From the NCBI RefSeq assembly GCF_006345805.1, contig NC_043001.1:18290001-18354000 (forward strand): 64,000 nucleotides of DNA, written 5' to 3'. Below are positions 61,049 through 64,000 of the stretch, in pieces. Source of the DNA: Octopus sinensis (Eukaryota). The notes beneath the pieces were generated by a model that was not told the DNA's origin, made no database searches, and worked only from the letters and a program-made list of their open reading frames with translations. Numbering within the stretch: the first letter of the stretch is position 1; each line of letters starts with the position of its first letter. The translations under genes and the position numbers were made by a program.

Positions 61049-61250
61049 TCGATTTCACTATATTTTGTAAAATTTTAGGCGTAACTTTGGTATAGTACCG
61101 GAAGTACCGGATACATTTCAAGAAAGTGGTTTTTTTTTTTATATATATGGGGGGTGGTGATGGTGGTCAGGGTTTCTGTTAGGGTTAGGTTTAGGGGTGA
61201 GAGAAAAGGGTTTCTGTTATCTTCAGAAATGTAAACAAAACCACTTCCGG
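60894..61250. promoter_or_regulatory. Candidate TATA-less ALMS1 promoter region with four ETS-like CCGGAAGT motifs
   Basis: ACTTCCGG/CCGGAAGT at 60894-60901, 60933-60940, 61098-61105 and 61243-61250 around the first exon. Confidence 0.45.
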
Positions 61251-61280
61251 TACTTACGGTACCTATACCGAAGGATCGCC
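61078..61280. mobile_element. Old hAT-type MITE immediately upstream of ALMS1 exon 1
   Basis: Perfect 8-bp TSD AAATTTTA (61070-61077 and 61281-61288). Imperfect TIRs GGCG(TAA/ATC)CTT(T/C)GGTATAG. It shares TTAGGGTTAGG and TTCAGAAATGTAAA with the 417-bp MITE family. Confidence 0.8.
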
Positions 61281-61795
61281 AAATTTTAAAAGTCATATAA
61301 TCATTGTGTGTCTGACCCCAATCAGGCTGTATTGTCCCCCCTCTATGTTTGGGCCCTTGTGGTGGCTAATAAAGAAATTGGATGCAGTTTGACATTTCAT
61401 TCGAAGTTATGAAACGAAATAACCACCCCGAATGACAGTTGTAATACACACATTAATAATTCTACCAATCCGTCAATCTTCGTTGGAGGAGATCCTTGAG
61501 GACCCCCTCCCCTGTATGTTCCGATCAGAAGCAACAGTCATTACACTTTCCAGCTGGATTTCTAACAGTGACTGACTGAGACTATGGATATATTATCCAA
61601 CAATCTCATTCATGAGCTTTCCCCAAGGTATCCTGCTGGTTAGCTTGGCTTGAAGAATCCGTGGTAAAATGTTCGTGTAACACCCGCACGATTTTCACTA
61701 AGAAAAACCTCGGATTTTTTGCGTGGAATCAAGTACCCTGACCTTGTAATATGCTGCAAATCCCATATTTACAGTTCTTCCGTCTTACGATTCTT

Positions 61796-62198
61796 GGCAT
61801 TTCTTCGATATAACTCAACAAAATCAAAACATTTCACTTCGGATATTTCCATGGGTTGTGGACTATAGTATATATAACGAAATTATGCCAGCAATGTCTC
61901 ATTTTAAACTTGAAGAAAAAAAAAAAAGCCTTGCATATTTGTTCTTACCCGTTTCATGTGTGTATGTAAAATCCGCAAATTTCCTAGCAGAAAACAGAAT
62001 CGAACTGTCGTTTGCTTCCACGGAAATACCCAAAGTGAAATGGTTTGATTTTGTCGAGTTATATCGAAAGAATGCCCATGTGTGTATGTAAAATCCGCAA
62101 ATTTCCTAGCAGAAAACAGAATCGAACTGTCATTTGCTTCCACGGAAATACTCAAAGTGAAATGTTTTGATTTTGTCGAGTTATATCGAAGGAATGCC
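61796..62198. mobile_element. hAT-type MITE with tandem duplication of its right ~122 bp
   Basis: Perfect 8-bp TSD CGATTCTT (61788-61795 and 62199-62206). Bases 61957-62078 are repeated at 62079-62198. Confidence 0.88.
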
Positions 62199-64000
62199 CG
62201 ATTCTTTCCTCTGAAATACCATATCTGTAGTGCCGGAGCTGTGACCTCTTAATACGAAGTTACGGTTCGACCTGGAGAGATTCCTTGATCTCCGAGCATA
62301 ACACCCTGTCGAGTAACGTAACTCCAGAGATTCTCCAGAAGAACCCCATTTCGGACGCTTAAAATAAAAAGCGCTGAACAACAATGACCCTGGTCCAAAT
62401 CGGAAGGAACCACAGAGAAACTAGATACTAGAATCCTAGAATATCTACAAACATTCTAAAGTGTGGTATTTTATTCTTTGTAAAATATATTATGAAAGGT
62501 CAATTAAGTCATTTTAATTAGTCTTAGTAATCACGAGTTGCCTCATTTGCTCATAAAGTATGATTTAGACTACACCTATGTAATCCCCGAATATGTGTAA
62601 AATATAAATAAATGCACCCTTTTAAAGCCTAGCCAGGCTCATGGGCCCCGTTTCCCGGTTTCTATGGCGTATGTGTTACCCAGCTGGACGGGACGCTAGT
62701 CCATCGCAACGTTACTCATTTTTGCCAGCTGAGTGGACTGGAGCAACATGAAATGAAGTGTTTTACTCAAGAACACAGCGCGTCGCCCGGTCCAGGAATC
62801 GAAACCACAATCTTATGATCATGATGCTGACACCCTAACCACTAAGCCACGCGCCTCCACATGTGTAAAATATACTCAGTTTAATTAATCTTAGTCGTCA
62901 CTTAGGTAAAAAAGAAGAAAAAGAAAAGCTATTTATCAGTTGGACGAATATAGCTTGTTGCTTCTGTTACTAAAGCCAAAATAATGCCGTTTCTTTGAGG
63001 TCCTTTCCGTTTTGTACGGGAGATCGTGGTTTACGTAACATATTCGACAGCTTGAATAATAAAATAATGTAAAATATAATTTGTTATAGATTCGACAGAT
63101 TAAATGAATCAGTAAAAGTATATTAATTAAAAATTCATCTTTGAGGATGTACGACATAAACACGACTTCATTCGTTCCATGCTTTTTTTTGTTGCTCTTC
63201 TTTAAACATTTTCAATAGTGTATACTCTTTTACTTGTTTCAGTCATTTGACTGCGGCCATGCTGGAGCACCGCCTTTAGTCGAGCCGGGACTTATTCTTT
63301 GTAAGCCCAGTACTTATTCTATCGGTCTCTTTTGTCGAACCGCTAAGTGACGGCGACGTAAACACACCAGCATCGGTTGTTAAGCAATGCTAGGGGGACA
63401 AACACAGACATACACACACATATATATATACATATATACGACAGGCTTCTTTCAGTTTCCGTCTACCAAATCCACTCATAAGGCATTGGTCGGCCCGGGG
63501 CTATAGCAGAAGACACTTGCCCAAGATGCCACGCAGTGGGACTGGAAGGTTGATGGCACTGGTCTGTCGGATGAATTTCAAAGGATCTCCCTTATCACAC
63601 ATAGGAATACCTGTGTCTGTGAAATGGTCATCTACCTCGTATGAAGAATAGGTAGTTCCGTCGATCGAACAAATGGTAGACTTAACGTCGAAATCTACAC
63701 TAAATCACCACCACCACCACCACCACCATCATCATCGCCATCTAGTAGTCACTGAAATTCCAACATTAATAATAATCTTTTCTACTCTAGGCACAAGGCT
63801 CGAAATTTTCGTGGAAGGGACCAGTCGATTAGATCGACCCCAGTACGCAACTGCTACTTAATTTATCGACCACGAAAGGATGAAAGGCAAAGTCGACCTC
63901 GGTGGAATTTGAACTCAGAACGTAAAGACAGACGAAATATCTATTTCTTTACTACCCACAAGGGGCTAAACACAGAGTGGACAATCAAGGACAGACAAAC

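Noticed and set aside
63690-63740. Poly-His ORF
   Set aside because: It is a CAC/CAT trinucleotide repeat next to a SINE tail, with no splice or homology support.

Overview
AT-rich, repeat-dense animal genomic DNA. The SINE, MITE and microsatellite landscape suggests an octopus, which is an inference. There are two convergent protein-coding genes. DPH6 (+, 2 coding exons, 9737-9877 and 14501-16378, 672 aa) has an ATP-pyrophosphatase domain plus Rid/YjgF-like domains. An ALMS1-like gene (-, 15 phase-consistent coding exons from 61048 to 19292, about 2793 aa) includes a 4973-bp exon and a C-terminal ALMS motif. Bases 1829-5075 hold an 18-copy, ~159-bp tandem array of tRNA-Asp(GTC) genes. This array is bound up with short non-autonomous Helitrons: one abuts it, one sits inside it 27 nt upstream of a tRNA, and a 621-bp composite Helitron at 7118-7738 appears to have carried a complete tRNA-Asp gene to a new site. 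Also notable are head-to-head elements with a Penelope-type minimal hammerhead motif and target-site duplications (one with tRNA-derived heads), and a hAT-type MITE with ETS-like motifs 29 nt upstream of the first in-frame ATG of ALMS1. All gene models and element boundaries were read by eye, with no database searches.
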